Below are positions 39,495-52,512 of a stretch of DNA of 64,000 nt, piece after piece (position 1 is the first letter of the stretch; each line of letters opens with the position of its first letter). Origin of the DNA: Puccinia triticina (Eukaryota); NCBI GenBank assembly GCA_026914245.1, contig CP110439.1, positions 4,092,001 through 4,156,000 of the forward strand, in the 5' to 3' direction. The translations under genes and the position numbers were made by a program. Under the pieces are notes generated by a model. The model saw only the letters and a list, made by a program, of their open reading frames with translations, searched no databases and had not been told where the DNA came from.

Positions 39495-40305
39495 GTAATT
39501 TAGCCTCGGTTCTTTATAATCCCCTCAATGGCCAGAGCAGAGGTCATAGAGGGGAGTGATTCCTATTTAGTATTGTGGAGATGATATCTGGTGTGATATG
39601 TAGATCTCTGACCAGAGGATAATATTTTAATTCCAATGGAACCCTTGTGTAAATTAAGGCAAAATTACAAATTTTTCTTATAAACTGACGTCTGGAAGGC
39701 CCCCAGAATCAACAGGAAGTCACCTGCTTTCTGACCAACCTGTGATTGTTATGTAGATTTAGACCCTATAAATCCAGATTTCTACAGGGGAAATTTGTTG
39801 ACTTCCCATTGAGATCTCAGGGCCTCCCAGAAGTAATCTGGAGCACCAAAAGCTAGATTTCACTGTAAAAATCTAGACTTTTTGGGGCTATACCCACAAC
39901 TGTGAGAGTTCCAGATTTGACGTTAGCTGACAGGATCCCGTTGGCTAAAATACTTAATCTAGAGGAATGGGCTAAACTTTAGGCTGGTGAAAGTTGATTG
40001 AGATCAAGTTTTTACCAGCAAACAAGGTTTAGTGGACCCCTCTAAATCAAGCCATTCAGGCGAGAGGAAGTGGAAGACTTCCCGTAGGATCTACGCCTAT
40101 CTACACCCCCCGTACAGACTAAAATTTCACAGATCTAAACCTTGCTTGCTGGTGAAAAGTGATTGAGATCAAGTTCTCACCAGCCAGTAAGGTTTAACCT
40201 GGCCTGACAGATCTGAATTTTTAGCCCACAGGAAGTCATCCAGTCCTCCAACTGAGGCTCTAAAATCAATATTGACGGGGGGCCCGCAGATCTGTCCTCG
40301 GAATC

Positions 40306-40691
40306 GGCCCTGTTTGGCACTGATATAAATGTAGGTGATATAATCACCAGTTAAATCAATAAAAAATACAAAATTCAACATAAAGCCTCCAAAATTTTTT
40401 TGTAGGCAACCTACAGTGCTGATCTCTTCAAATGTGAACCCAGAATCAACTGATTCAGCCATCTTGAGCACCATAATACCATTATATCACTTCATTTTGG
40501 TCAAAAGTGATATGATGGTATTATGGTGCTGAAGATGGCTGAATCAGTTGAATCTGATTTCAAAGTTGAAGAGACCAGCACTGTAGATTGCCTACAAAAA
40601 AAATTTGGAGGCTTTATGTTGAATTTTGTATTTTTTATTGAATTAATCAGCAATTATATCACCTATAATTATATTGGTGCCAAACGGGGCC
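40306..40691. mobile_element. Fold-back Tourist/Harbinger-type MITE
   Basis: About 185-bp near-perfect inverted arms with GGCCCYGTTTGG termini like 3766-5409; TSD not preserved. Confidence 0.8.
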
Positions 40692-42012
40692 TATGTACTC
40701 GTATCTGGACATTGATGAATTAAGATGAATTGTGGGTGTACTTCATGACCGCATATCTTATCATGCATACACGGATTGCATGCGGCTGCATCTGGACTAA
40801 AGAGTACCATTTTTCCCACTTCAGTTGTCGTGAAGCTTTGGGTCAACCCATCGTTTGTTTGTGCGGACGTTATGTATTTTTACGGTGGACTGTTGCGCCC
40901 TGATTGCCACCGTATCCAGCCTCGGCAAACAAACCTGCCTTGTTTTGGCGAAGACGCACCCAATGGCAGTTGAGACGATGACCGATGGCATCGGAATGAC
41001 GGCAGGCGGATGGCTGCACAGCCCGGTTATGAGGCTGTTTATTGTAACTTGGGTGAATGAAGGGGTGTTGTTGGCTTTAGACCTAGAATCAAACTAAACT
41101 GCCACCCCTGTAGTTGTACCCGGTCGCGGGCAGCCAATGGTACCCAATCAAAAAGGGCAGAGTCTATTCTGGGAGGTTTGCTCTTGGAGATGTGCATACT
41201 GCACATTAGAATCTAAGATCATTGAGTACCCCTGAGGGGCTGATAATTCTGTCGTTTTCGTTCGCTTTGGTCCACCAGTCCAGACAGGTCGTTAGTGTAC
41301 TACAGATGGCCAGCAGCAGCCGGCAGTGCAAAATGTTTGCTCGTCGGGCTGGTCATGGGCGAGTTGGCATATATTACTAATCTTCTACTGGCCGTTGGTC
41401 CTCCTAACTCAGAACTGTCCTTCTCCTGATTTCCATCATTCCATCAGGAACGAATCTCTGCTCCGACGCTGCAACATTCCTGACGGCAAGTTACATCACC
41501 AGATTCACCACCCGGAGTGGCGACTATCACCTTGATATCTGTCGCCGTCGCCATATCTTGTCAGACTAGAAGGATTGTTGCCTTGGATCACGCCAATTTT
41601 TTTCTTTGCTGGGGGACATCAAGCCAAGCGAATACACCGACATACATCCGTACAACTTTTGAGACATCACCCCTTGAAGAGTATCACTCACCAGCTACCG
41701 CCTTGTGTTTCGGATTGAGACTTATCCTGCAACTTCATACTCACCCATCCCGGTCCTGTTACAACCGGCCCCTCAACTCACAGTCAGTACGAAGACAGCT
41801 CACCCACTCCGCTCTCACTATTTGCCGTGTTGCGAATGTGTAGTCTTCCATACAAGAAATCCGGTCAGGACCCTTGCCCGAGACCCCTTCCGCTCTCCCC
41901 TTCATCTTCGGCCTCAACGCCCACGCTTCCATACCAACAAGCCGAAAAAGAATTTGAGCATCTCCATCCGCCGCGCTCTGAGTTCAGTCATCCCAAATCT
42001 CATTTCCTCAAC

Positions 42013-45000
42013 ATGTCATCATTTCGCAACCCAACTGGGCATCAGCGTTCCTTTTCGGTTGGAATCCCAGGGCAAAATCAGGGTGAAGGTCGCGAGGGTG
42101 TCGTACTGAAACGTCCACGAGGATTTCTTCAAGAAAATATTGTTATTCGATGGGTTTTTTTCATCACCCCCATCCTCATGCTGGTATGGATTCCGGGGTT
42201 TATTGCATTTAGCCTTCCAGAGAAGCATCTCCAGTTGAATATCCATCGTTTATCTGCGCCCATCTCCCCGAGCGTTTCAGTACATAGGCTGATGGATCAA
42301 TGACATTTACTTGTAGAATTGCCGATGTAGGGTTGATCTGGTGGTCAGCCTGGCTCTCAGTGGCTTGGCTAGGCTGGTGGATTGGCTTGATGGTCGGAGC
42401 GCTGACTCCGCTATTCTTCAAGCACGTGATTGGTATTGCTTGTTCTCCCGATTTTGTTGAGAAGTGGTACAGCTTCCTGTTGCCCATGAAGAAGGTCATC
42501 ATGGGGGCTGTCTGGAGTATATCAACCTATAGTATGTGCTCCAACAGGCATTTGTCTCTTCTCATTTTAACGCGTGATATATATATTTCTAATCTGCTAC
42601 CCCAGTTGCTTTCAGCGTATTTATCATAAGGATGTCATATGGTGCCTCAGAATCTGCCGCCAAATCGGTGCACTTGATGAGTCAAGTTGAGTGAACAAGC
42701 TATATATCAGTGACATTGCCACAACTCGAGACGTTACTCACTCATGTCATTCAATTTTATTTACTGTCCCTTGTTAGGCACTATTTGGATTTCTTCTTGC
42801 TAGTTTAATGCTCGTTGGCGAAAAAATCCTGATACAAGTGATTGCTAGGTATAGGCAGTTTCCAAGATTATCCCGAAGATATCTGTCTGAGAGCGCTGGT
42901 ATGCTCACAGCTGGACATTTTTATTCGATAGCTATTTCCACCAAAGATCTTACGAGGACAGAATAGCCGAACAGAAGCGCGCGATTCAATTTCTCACTGC
43001 GTTATATCGCTATACTCACGATATTGGCAGGTCAGATACGCTTGATCGAGCATGTGGAGCTCCGTCGAAAGCCCCAGATAATACAGCAAAAATATTGAAA
43101 TGCGCACTTAAAAGTGTGAAGAACGTTGCGAGGACCACGACTAGCGTTTTTGGAACTGTGGCATCAGAAGTGAGCTTTCTTTACCCGCCTCAAGGTCTCA
43201 CCAGAGTCCAGACCATCGGATCACCCAGCGATCAACGGCGAACTGAGCCATCAAAATCATTTTCGTGCTTTATCACAGATCGCCGGAGAACAGATACTTC
43301 AGCCTAACTCGCCCTCCTCAATGGTTCTCTCTGCATTGTCATCAGCCAACAAGACTCGACATCTAGCGCGCAGAATTTACTATTCACTGGTTCCAGTCAA
43401 CTATCGTCAAGTGATGGTGCTGGGCGATATAATGCCGTGTTTTGAAGGGGATGAGGAAATTGCTCAGGAGAGTTTTTCCATTTTCGACAAAGACAGAAAT
43501 GGAGATTGTTCCCTACAAGAAATTGAACTAACCTGTTTGGAGGTCAGTCGCGCAGAATTTTTCGCATTTTACAAATATGTTTACTGACTAGAGTTAACCT
43601 TCGTTTTGTCGGTGCCATCAGCTTCATCGAGAGCGTTTGGCTTTAGTAGCGGTGAGTCCTCTCCAAACAAAGGATCAATTAATCAGAAATTTCCAGCTGA
43701 TGGCTTGTTTGCTCCGTAGAGTATGAGAGACTTGGACAGCGCAGTTGGAAAGCTGGACTCGATTTTGATGTTCCTCTGGTAATTGGATTTTTACTGTCAA
43801 TTCCAGAAGCAAAGACTAAAAACTGACTATCAATCAATTTCCCTGTCTTGATTCCTCAGGTATACTGTATCATTACTCGTGACGTCCGTTTTTATTTATT
43901 TTTATTTTTGTTTTACATTCAGTCTGCTTCACTGAACCGTTGAACTAAACACCATGTCATTGATCCTTCTTCAGAGTGGCTCTTTTGGACATCTCCTTCC
44001 AAACTCTGTTAGCATCAGCTGGGACACTAGTATTAGGCTTGAGCTGGTTGATCGGTAGTACTGCACAAGAGATACTCGCCTCGATAATTTTCTTGTTTGT
44101 CAAGCGTGAGTGTCTCTTCTTCACAACTTGTCTCACAGGCATCCTCCAACGTAAAACACACACACACATTCGGACGCTGATTTTCTTCTTATTCTCCTCG
44201 TACCTTGGAAAGATCCATATGATGTGTCCGATAGAGTTGATGTTGATGATGTTGCTTACGTGGTAAAAGAAATGCATCTGTTATACACGTATGTTTTCTG
44301 AATTCTACCGCTACGTAAGACAATGTCTAACGATTTGCCTCAATATTCAGTGTATTTCGGCAAACAAATGGCAAAATATCACAGATTCCTCACAGTCAGT
44401 CATTTTTGGATTTGCTATGTAAAATTACAACGGCTGATAGCTTTGGCACCATAACCCGTCCCACTGGAACAGGTGTATTGAACAGCAAGAGAGTGGTAAA
44501 GTCAGTCTTGTTGGCTTTGAAACTATTTAAGCAAATAAATAAGTATAATTCTCGTATCACTGACAGTTATGCTTTTACAATCCAGTATCCGGAGATCTGG
44601 GCCCATCAGCGAAAAGTTTACTTGGGATGTAAATTTCAATACATCGTTCGAAAAAATTGAGCAAATGCGAAGCAAGATGCTCGAGTTCCTCAAAGCCGAA
44701 AGAAGAGATTACACGCCTGCTTTTGACGTCAACATCCAGGGTAACACTCTTTGAGACTCTTTGCGATGTTTGTTTCGTCTCTTGAAATGATCAGCAAACT
44801 GACCCACTCCTCCGACTTGTCATCCAGACTTTGAGGGCCAGGCTCAATTGACTCTACAAGCGGACATCAAATATAAATCAAATTGTTGAGTGACTTCTGA
44901 ATTAGATTTTCATGAAATAGTTCAACAAATGAGAAGCCACCCTAACTCCTCATGGTTCGCCACGAATAGGGCAAAATGGGGCCTTGAAAAGCCAGAGGAG

Positions 45001-45389
45001 AAATGTGAGTTTTGTAGTTCCTCCGCGGAGCTTGGTTGACGAAGCTCTTATCATTTGCTGCTTTATCATCTTTTTGCTGTCTTCTGCAGAAATGGGTTTG
45101 TGCCTTAAAGCAGATCATGGCCGAGGTCGAGATCTATGGACCCGCAGATGCCGGAAATCCTGCTCCAAAATCCGAGCCAACACTTATTCAACTAGTCGAT
45201 AGTCCTCCACTGGTGATACACCAGCGAGCCGAAAGTCCGAGGAAACAACAAGACCAGCAGAACCCACCGTCAGACAAATCGAGCGGCATACAGCCCGTAG
45301 AGCTGGAAAATAGGGAGAACGTTATGTGCGACGACGACGACGAGGAGCACGGCTTACCTCTAAATTATATACCCTTATCCCCCTTCTAA
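42013..45389 (+). CDS. MscS-like mechanosensitive ion channel with EF-hand (fungal Msy1/Msy2 type), multi-exon; start uncertain and may lie upstream
   Basis: Spliced motifs SYEDRI, EF-hand [57 protein letters not shown]..RRNKW; many short GT-AG introns. Confidence 0.9.
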
Positions 45390-46230
45390 ATGATCACCAT
45401 TCATCAAAATCTGTTATTATATGCACATGAAGCCCTTTTTTTATTCCCACTCCAGCCAAAAGCATAGCTTGTAAGTGTAAACAAAATTGACCAACCCCAT
45501 CAAACTGGATTCTCTCCGACCCTTCGTTCATCATGCACCTTCTGAAGTAAAATAAACATATATCCATGGTTGTCCACCGTAACATGTTAGCAGACATGTT
45601 TTTAAATGCATTTTCATCAGCCTTCAGAGGCCCAGCAGGAAATCTTTACCTACTCTTTCTTCCTTTGATTTGACCTGTTTTATAAGCTGTTTTGCCTTTC
45701 ACAAATATGCATAAACCATTTGCACTCGTAGTTCTTGCATGTAAAGTCATATTTTGGGCTGTTTGTGTGCACATGCATTTACAAAAGAAAATAAATCACA
45801 TCATCTCTTTTTCTTTATTCTGACTTGATCTGTTTTTCATGAGCAGACACTGCAATTGGATTGAAATAGTTAAAGAAAAGGATAATTCTTGCAGTAGGAC
45901 TTATTTTCTCTTTATCAAGTTTGATCACCGAGACTTTCCTCCATGTCCTCACCAACCGTGTTTCAGAACCTGGTTCGCTGAGCTGTTTGCCAGAAAACCC
46001 AGACCCGGTGAGTTTTTTCTGCTGGCCTGCAACTGAGGTATGTAGTATAAATTGACTTGTTGGGAGGATTTTGGCGGGCATTTTCCCACCACGACATATC
46101 TTTCTGGATGGACAGAGACCTGTCACCTGAGCCTAACGGGCAAAGGGTACCATGACATGGTATGAAAATTCAAATTCTCCATGATTTAATCTTCACAAAA
46201 TTTCAGACAACCAAAACTGTCCACCACTTA

Positions 46231-46409
46231 TGGTCCTCAAAGTTGAATTTCATGCATGTATAAATGCATAAATCATAAATTCATAAAACTTTGTTTGCAG
46301 GGGATCTCACCAATCTGCTTAAGTAATCTTTGACTTTCCCAGCCAAAGAATTTTTATGAATTTATGATTTACGCATTTATGCATGCATGAATTCCAACTT
46401 TGAGGACCA
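46231..46409. mobile_element. MITE with TA TSD (Tc1/mariner-like)
   Basis: About 58-bp TIRs TGGTCCTCAAAGTTG...CAACTTTGAGGACCA flanked by TA. Confidence 0.75.
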
Positions 46410-46959
46410 TAACTGCAGCCATGCCCAGTTTTAAGCCAAGGTGAAGAATTGTAACCATGAAATGTACCTCTAGTTCTGCGTGTGTCGAATGTAAAAAATC
46501 ACTTTGTCATGATTGAACCCCCATGGCACATACAAACCCTCAAGAACTGCCATGTCCCTAATGATGGCTTCATTGAGCTCGTTATTTCTTCTAGTGACCA
46601 AGATAGCACATTGGCTAGAAGCTACACATAAAAGACAATTATACCCAGATCATTTTGTCTACAAATGCACCAATAAGCATGCATCCATTTCTCTTTCTAT
46701 GCATGAAATGGGAGTATTGAAACAAACAAACAAACAAAAAAGAATACAATGTAGAGATTTTAAGGAATTGTCCACCAAGATTTGTTTTCTGGGAGAATGA
46801 CTTGGTGGTCAAATGGAAGTCGTCCCACCTGTCTATTGCACTAGATCAGCCCTAAGCATCCGAATGAGAAGTGCCATTGATTGGGAGCTGGCGAGGAAGA
46901 ACTTGAACAGCCTGGCACGACTATTATCATCGACCACAGCCAAAGGGGGGAATGCTGAT

Positions 46960-49625
46960 TTATTGGGAAGGTTTAGTGGCGGTCTTCTTGGCGCGTTCTG
47001 AGGCCTCCTTGATCGCCCTGAACCCCGAATCACAGAAGAGAAATACAGAGGCAATGAATTAGCACGCCAATTGAAGGAGAGAGAGAGAGAGAGGAGGGCA
47101 AAAATACCAAGTAAGGGCATAAGTGCCACACGAGTCTCTGAAGGAACTAAGGATCCCATTCGGGATGTCCGTCTCGTCGTCCTCAGCAATCGCGGACTCG
47201 TTGTGAGACTCGCGACTCTCACTGGCATCGATCCAGGCCGAGATCTCGCTGAAGTAGGGGTCGTCGGAGGGGAAGTTGATCTTCTGCTCCGCATCCGCCT
47301 CCGGCGAGCGCACATACAACGTCGGCTCGTTGTACAGATCCACCACTTTCATCTGCCATCCATCCACTGCTCGACCCACACCCGCCCCCCACAATTCATC
47401 ATCAACATAAGCACACAAACCATGATATTTGAACTAGGATGCGGATGGGGCCGCTTACAGTAAACCTCTAACTCGGTCGAGTATTTCGTGCCCTGGAGAG
47501 TTAAGGCATGAGAGAACGAGCAGACCGCGCCGGTGTCGAATTTCCTGAAGGAGATACAAAAATGACCGGCCAATAAGAGCCAAGAGAAAACAACATAAAA
47601 AGTCAACCAATTGATTTTTTTTGCGAGACCTTACTGGTGTATAGATGGAGGGTGGAGAGAAAGGGACTGACCATATGGCCGAAGTGGTTCGTGGTAATCG
47701 ATCATCAACCGGGATCTTGGACTCGTCGATCGGGATCGCCTCCAGCTTGCCCGCCTCCTCGTAATGCTGTAAATCAGCACAACCAAACAGAGGAGCAATT
47801 TTAGGATGCGGTCAACGGAGATGTTTTGGGGGCGATTAAACTTGCCTCGGTCGAGGTGGCTTGGACGGTGTCCAAGAGAGCCTCTCCGCCAAAGTATCGG
47901 CACAAGTCGACTGATCCGACGCCATACACAATAGAAAACCAACAACGAATCTCAGCTCTTGGTCACAGGAAGCGGGTGGCAGACAGTGTGACTTGGAAGA
48001 ACCGATGTAAAACGTACCCAGATGGGTGCCCTGTTCGACGATCGGGCCCAAGCTTTTGGACTTGTTCCACCACACCTCACTGTTAATCTTGGCGTAACTA
48101 CAAACATCTGAAAGTGTCCGAAACCCCGTTATCGAGGGGGGAGAGTCACTACGGATGATTTTGACTGGACCGGGGAAAGCGATGCAACTTACATCGGGCG
48201 ACGACCATCATGACTGGCTTGCCAGTCTCCTCAATAATGCGCTGCATTTGCTGGATGACCTGTCATCAACCAAACACACACACACACACAAATCGAGGGG
48301 ATGAGTGGACGGCAAGAGCGCGCACGGGAAGCCGGCCAAGCTGAGCGGGCAGTGTGTTTACCTGCAGGTAGCGCAACATGTAGCCGACCGACACGACTGA
48401 TTGCTTCTTGTCGAGGATGTCGGCGAGCGCATAGCATGCTGGCACCGGCGCACACGAGATCGGCTTCTCAACAAACAGCGCCGCATCTGGGAAGTGTTTC
48501 AAGCATTGGAGCTCCAAGTCTTGGCCTGGTCTGTTTCCCGTTGCCACAAATAGAATGGAAGCAAGAAAGTCAACCCAGTGTTTTTGTTGTTCTTGTGGTG
48601 GTGGTTTGGTTGAAAGTCTTACAAATTGCTACCATGGTACTGGGCGGGACTGCCGATGACGATCGCATGAGGGGTCTCAGCGGGAGGGATCTGCTTCGCA
48701 AACTCGTCGAGATCCTTGCACAGCCGCGCATCCTTGTAGGCCGCCTCGACAAACGAGCCGCACTTGACACTGATTACCTCCTTGGCGCGGTGGATCGCCG
48801 GGTCCACAATGCCCACGACCCGCAGACGAGTCTGCAGCTTGTGCTCCAGCCGCACCGAATGATCTGGTACAAAAAACGTTTCATCCCATCGTTCGCGGTC
48901 AGTTTTTTTTTCTCTTCACGAAAGGGACGCTGCTGCTGCTTCTTCTTTCGTGGCTTGGACTTACTCCAGGGGCCTTGGTCACTACATGCGCAGATGGGGA
49001 TTGTTTTGAAAGACAAATCATTCAGTGATGAGTTTCGGAGTGGATATCTGCGCCAAGCATCAAAGAAGGACATGTATACCTTCCAAAGTTGATATTCTAG
49101 AGCACATACATACATGACGTCAACAGGGCAAATCAGCGTTTCAAATGTTAGAAGAGAATGCTGACCCCAGCTCCGATGAAGAGGACGTTATAGGGGCCTT
49201 TGAGGTTCATCGCCTTCATTTCCTTGACCAGCTGTGGGCTTGGAGTGAGGGCGTGCATGCCGCCCAGTCTGCAACAACAAAACAAACAAAAGAAGCACAG
49301 GGATGAGTATACGATATGTGAACTGGGGAAGCAAGTCTTTTTGGGGGGACTAGCTCTTTGGAGAGTAAGGGAGATGGACGGTAATTATCGATGGATGGTG
49401 GCGGGGGGGACAGCATGATGATGGTGATGATGAGCAGGAGAAGAAGAAGAAGAAGAAGAGGGGGGGTATTGACCTGCCCGGGTCGATGGATGGCTTCCTG
49501 GGGCTGGGACGGTCATTCTTATTCTGCGGTGATTGGGAGTGGGAGGACATGCGTTCGACGGATGAGCCTAGGATGCCGGCGCCGAAGGAAGGCTTGCGGG
49601 CGGTGGGAGAGTCTGCTGTCGTCAT
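46960..49625 (-). CDS. NAD(P)-binding Gfo/Idh/MocA-family oxidoreductase, multi-exon
   Basis: Spliced motifs NVLFIGAG, RVVGIVDP, LFVEKP, SVGYMLRY, GPIVEQGTH, DLCRYFGG, DDPYFSEI; inferred last exon WAIKEASERAKK ends at 46960. Confidence 0.88.
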
Positions 49626-51199
49626 TGTGGCTGCTCTGCTCCTCGGTCGGTGCATGCATGCACTTCAAACATTGTTGGATTTCCCCCGCGGAATATCCGG
49701 TAGCGGTCACGTGATATCCGGTAAATACCCGGAATATCTGGTCGGATTCTCGGATTGGGCTCCCCACTCTCACGCCCATCGGGCCCTTTGTCTCACTCTC
49801 GTGGCTCGAGACAATTGCCTTACTCCCTAGTGAGTACGTGCTAAAGCTATTGGCCTCAATGCAGACTGCCGCTCCCGCCCCTCCTTTCTCTGGGTGAAAC
49901 GACCCATCACTGAAAACCAACAATGTCCCCGGATCCAAAGCAAGAGACAAAACTAAAGACTTAACAGAGGATATTGCCTTGTCTTTTGACAACCCAAGAT
50001 TCAAGTATTCCAGCCCCCTTGATGGGGTTCTCCCAAACTCGAAAGAGAGAGAGATGGTCTCTGGATCCTTGACCATTGCCTGATCCACCAAGTCCGCCGC
50101 CAAGCCATTTTGCGCCAAATCAGCAAATCTAGCCGTGGAATCAGCCCTGCTTGATAGGATGAACGTTTGGACCGTGTTGTTAGCTTTGACTGTGATCAAT
50201 TTCCTATACAAGAAGGAGAAGCTAGTCCTTATAGCCTCCTGTTGGAAACCTGGAGCTGTGGATCTCAATCGGATGAAAGCGTTTGATGTTGAGCAAAAAA
50301 CCCCAAACGTGAATATGGCTGCCAGGCTGTCCACTTTGGTAGCCAGGGCAGCTACCTTCCCTCTGTTTGGATCTGTGGCCCACAGCGCCGCTCCATAGGT
50401 CAACCTGGGAAAAAGAACGGTTTTTATCAACCTCACACTGTCCACCTCCCTGAAACCCCATCTAGTATTTCCAAAAATCCTTAGCTGATTCATTGTTCTG
50501 TGAGCTTTCTCCTCCAAAGCCTTAAAATTCCTGTTGAACAGCATCTTCCTGTCCAGCCACACTCCAAGCCACTTGACTTCGGACATCAATGGTAGTCTTT
50601 GAGCACCAAAAACAAACTCCCCCTTGGGTGGTTTACCTTTGGTCAACCACAAGAACTGTGCCTTGGCCTGGTCAAAGATTGCTCCGTGGGTTTCACCCCA
50701 TTGGAGAGCGCAAAGACCCTCCATAGTTGCTGCCGCTGTCTGCGCTGCTACCAAATGCACGACATTGTCTACATAGCCGATTGATACTGTGTCCAGGGAA
50801 GTGGAAAAACATTAATTCAGCAAAGAATTATTGTATAATATGTAGAGTATCACTGATAAAGGGGAACCCTGTGGTAAGCCAATCTGGATAGGCAACGCCT
50901 CCAACGTGAAGTCATCAAGTCTTATGGTGGTCAACCTGTCTTTCAAAAAGTCTGCAATGATCAGTACCAGGTATGTAGGGAATTTCATTTGGAAAAGATA
51001 ATGGATGAGCCTCTTTGGGTGCACCAAGGGATAGGCGGACTTCACGTCCAGAAAACGCCCAGCCACCACTTGGATTTAACCCAGTGCTTGAGTGCAAACA
51101 GAGCGTCCTCTGTCCCCAAGCCTTTCCTACCGCCAGGACTCCCGAATCCTCCGCTGTGGTGTTCTGTGCCTGTTGCAATGCCAAGAGCATGTATACAGA

Positions 51200-51539
51200 G
51201 GTATTGTAACAGTACAGTTACATACATGTGAAACCCATTACACACGTTAACCGTAACGGAAGTGCGTTACAATATCGCACACCCAGGATGTATGGCATTT
51301 AACATCCGTTACGATATCTGCCCGCACGGAGGGGCATATGATCCAGAGGGGGCCATTTGCCCCTCTTTATCTTGTTAACCGGTGGTTAACGTGTTAAGCT
51401 ACTAGTAACGCAAGTAACGCACCAGAAAAATCAGGCCCGTTACGATACGGGCCCGGGGTTACAACTAGTCGTTACTAGTAGCACTAACGCCTGAGCGCAG
51501 TAACGGCAAGCGTTACGCTACGCAGATAACAGCGGTTAT
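51200..51539. repeat. GTTACG/CGTAAC-rich repeat tract, probable DNA-element remnant
   Basis: Dense TAAC/GTTA motifs in both orientations. Confidence 0.45.
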
Positions 51540-52512
51540 TGTAGCGTATCGTAACTACCCACCGCTGATACTATTACAAGGACAAGGGAGGAGGGAGGAA
51601 GGAGGACCAGAGAGAGGCTTTGACCCCCAAATCCTGGAAAGGAGGAGTATTCTAGTTGGGTGCAGAGTGCATGGAAGGTGGCTTGGTTACATAGCAACAA
51701 ATTCTGAAGGATATGGAAGGTGGCTTGGGTACATAGCAACACATGACATCAGGCAGTGCAATATATGCAGGCAGATAAGGTGTACAAATAGTGTCACTGC
51801 AGCATAATTCCCTCATTGTTTGTGTGACTGTGCAGTACAGGTGTACATATGCTGTGCAACTGAGATCCCCTGCAGCTAAATTCCCTCAAACAAATTCTCC
51901 TGGAGCTAAAATCCCTCACTCTTCAATATAAAAGGAGCTCTTCTCCCCCCCATAATTTCTATTTTTCACCATCAACCTATAGAGGTCTGGTCACATATGG
52001 TAGTTTAGCAGTAGTAGTTTTGAGTAGCGTAGAGTCAGTCAGTCAGTAGAGTGTTAGTGCAGTAGTAGAACCCACAATCAACAACCAACCAACCAAACAA
52101 CAACAAACCAACAACCAACCAACCAACCAACCAACAACCCATTCTCCTTATTAGCATATTAGTAGTAGTAGTAGTAGTAGTAGAAGTAGTAGTACAAATT
52201 ATAACATCAACAACAGTAGAGGAACTTCACCATAACAAACCACGTTATCCTTAGTTATAACCGGTCTAAAAAAAACAAATTGAATTAGATATTTAGGTCT
52301 GATAGAGATTACTATATAAAAGTAAGAGCTATCTTGGAATCTGCCACATTTTCTTAAATATTGATTACAAGACTCTTGGTTATTTGCATAGTACTATTAG
52401 AGGGGCAGGTCTGTCAAACCACCCGTAGATTTTAATAGCCTTTCAACCTATCATACAATTTATTTCCCCCTCAAAGGAACTTTGATTACCCATCCATCCC
52501 TGGAGTCCTACA
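51540..52512 (+). mobile_element. Probable solo LTR (family D) with AGT and AACC microsatellites
   Basis: TGTAG...CCTACA ends. AGCTAAAATCCCTCA...TATAAAAGGAGCTC promoter block and GAGTCYTACA end resemble family A. Confidence 0.65.

Noticed and set aside
40169..40723. Divergent pair of near-identical small genes (MVLKMAESV...)
   Set aside because: Mirror-image ORFs produced by the two arms of the fold-back MITE.
48301..49092. 263-aa plus-strand ORF
   Set aside because: Antisense to oxidoreductase exons and introns.
49519..49790. LINE-host fusion protein suggested by the 413-aa ORF
   Set aside because: The tail runs through promoter DNA and exon 1 out of frame with the oxidoreductase; it is a chance extension.
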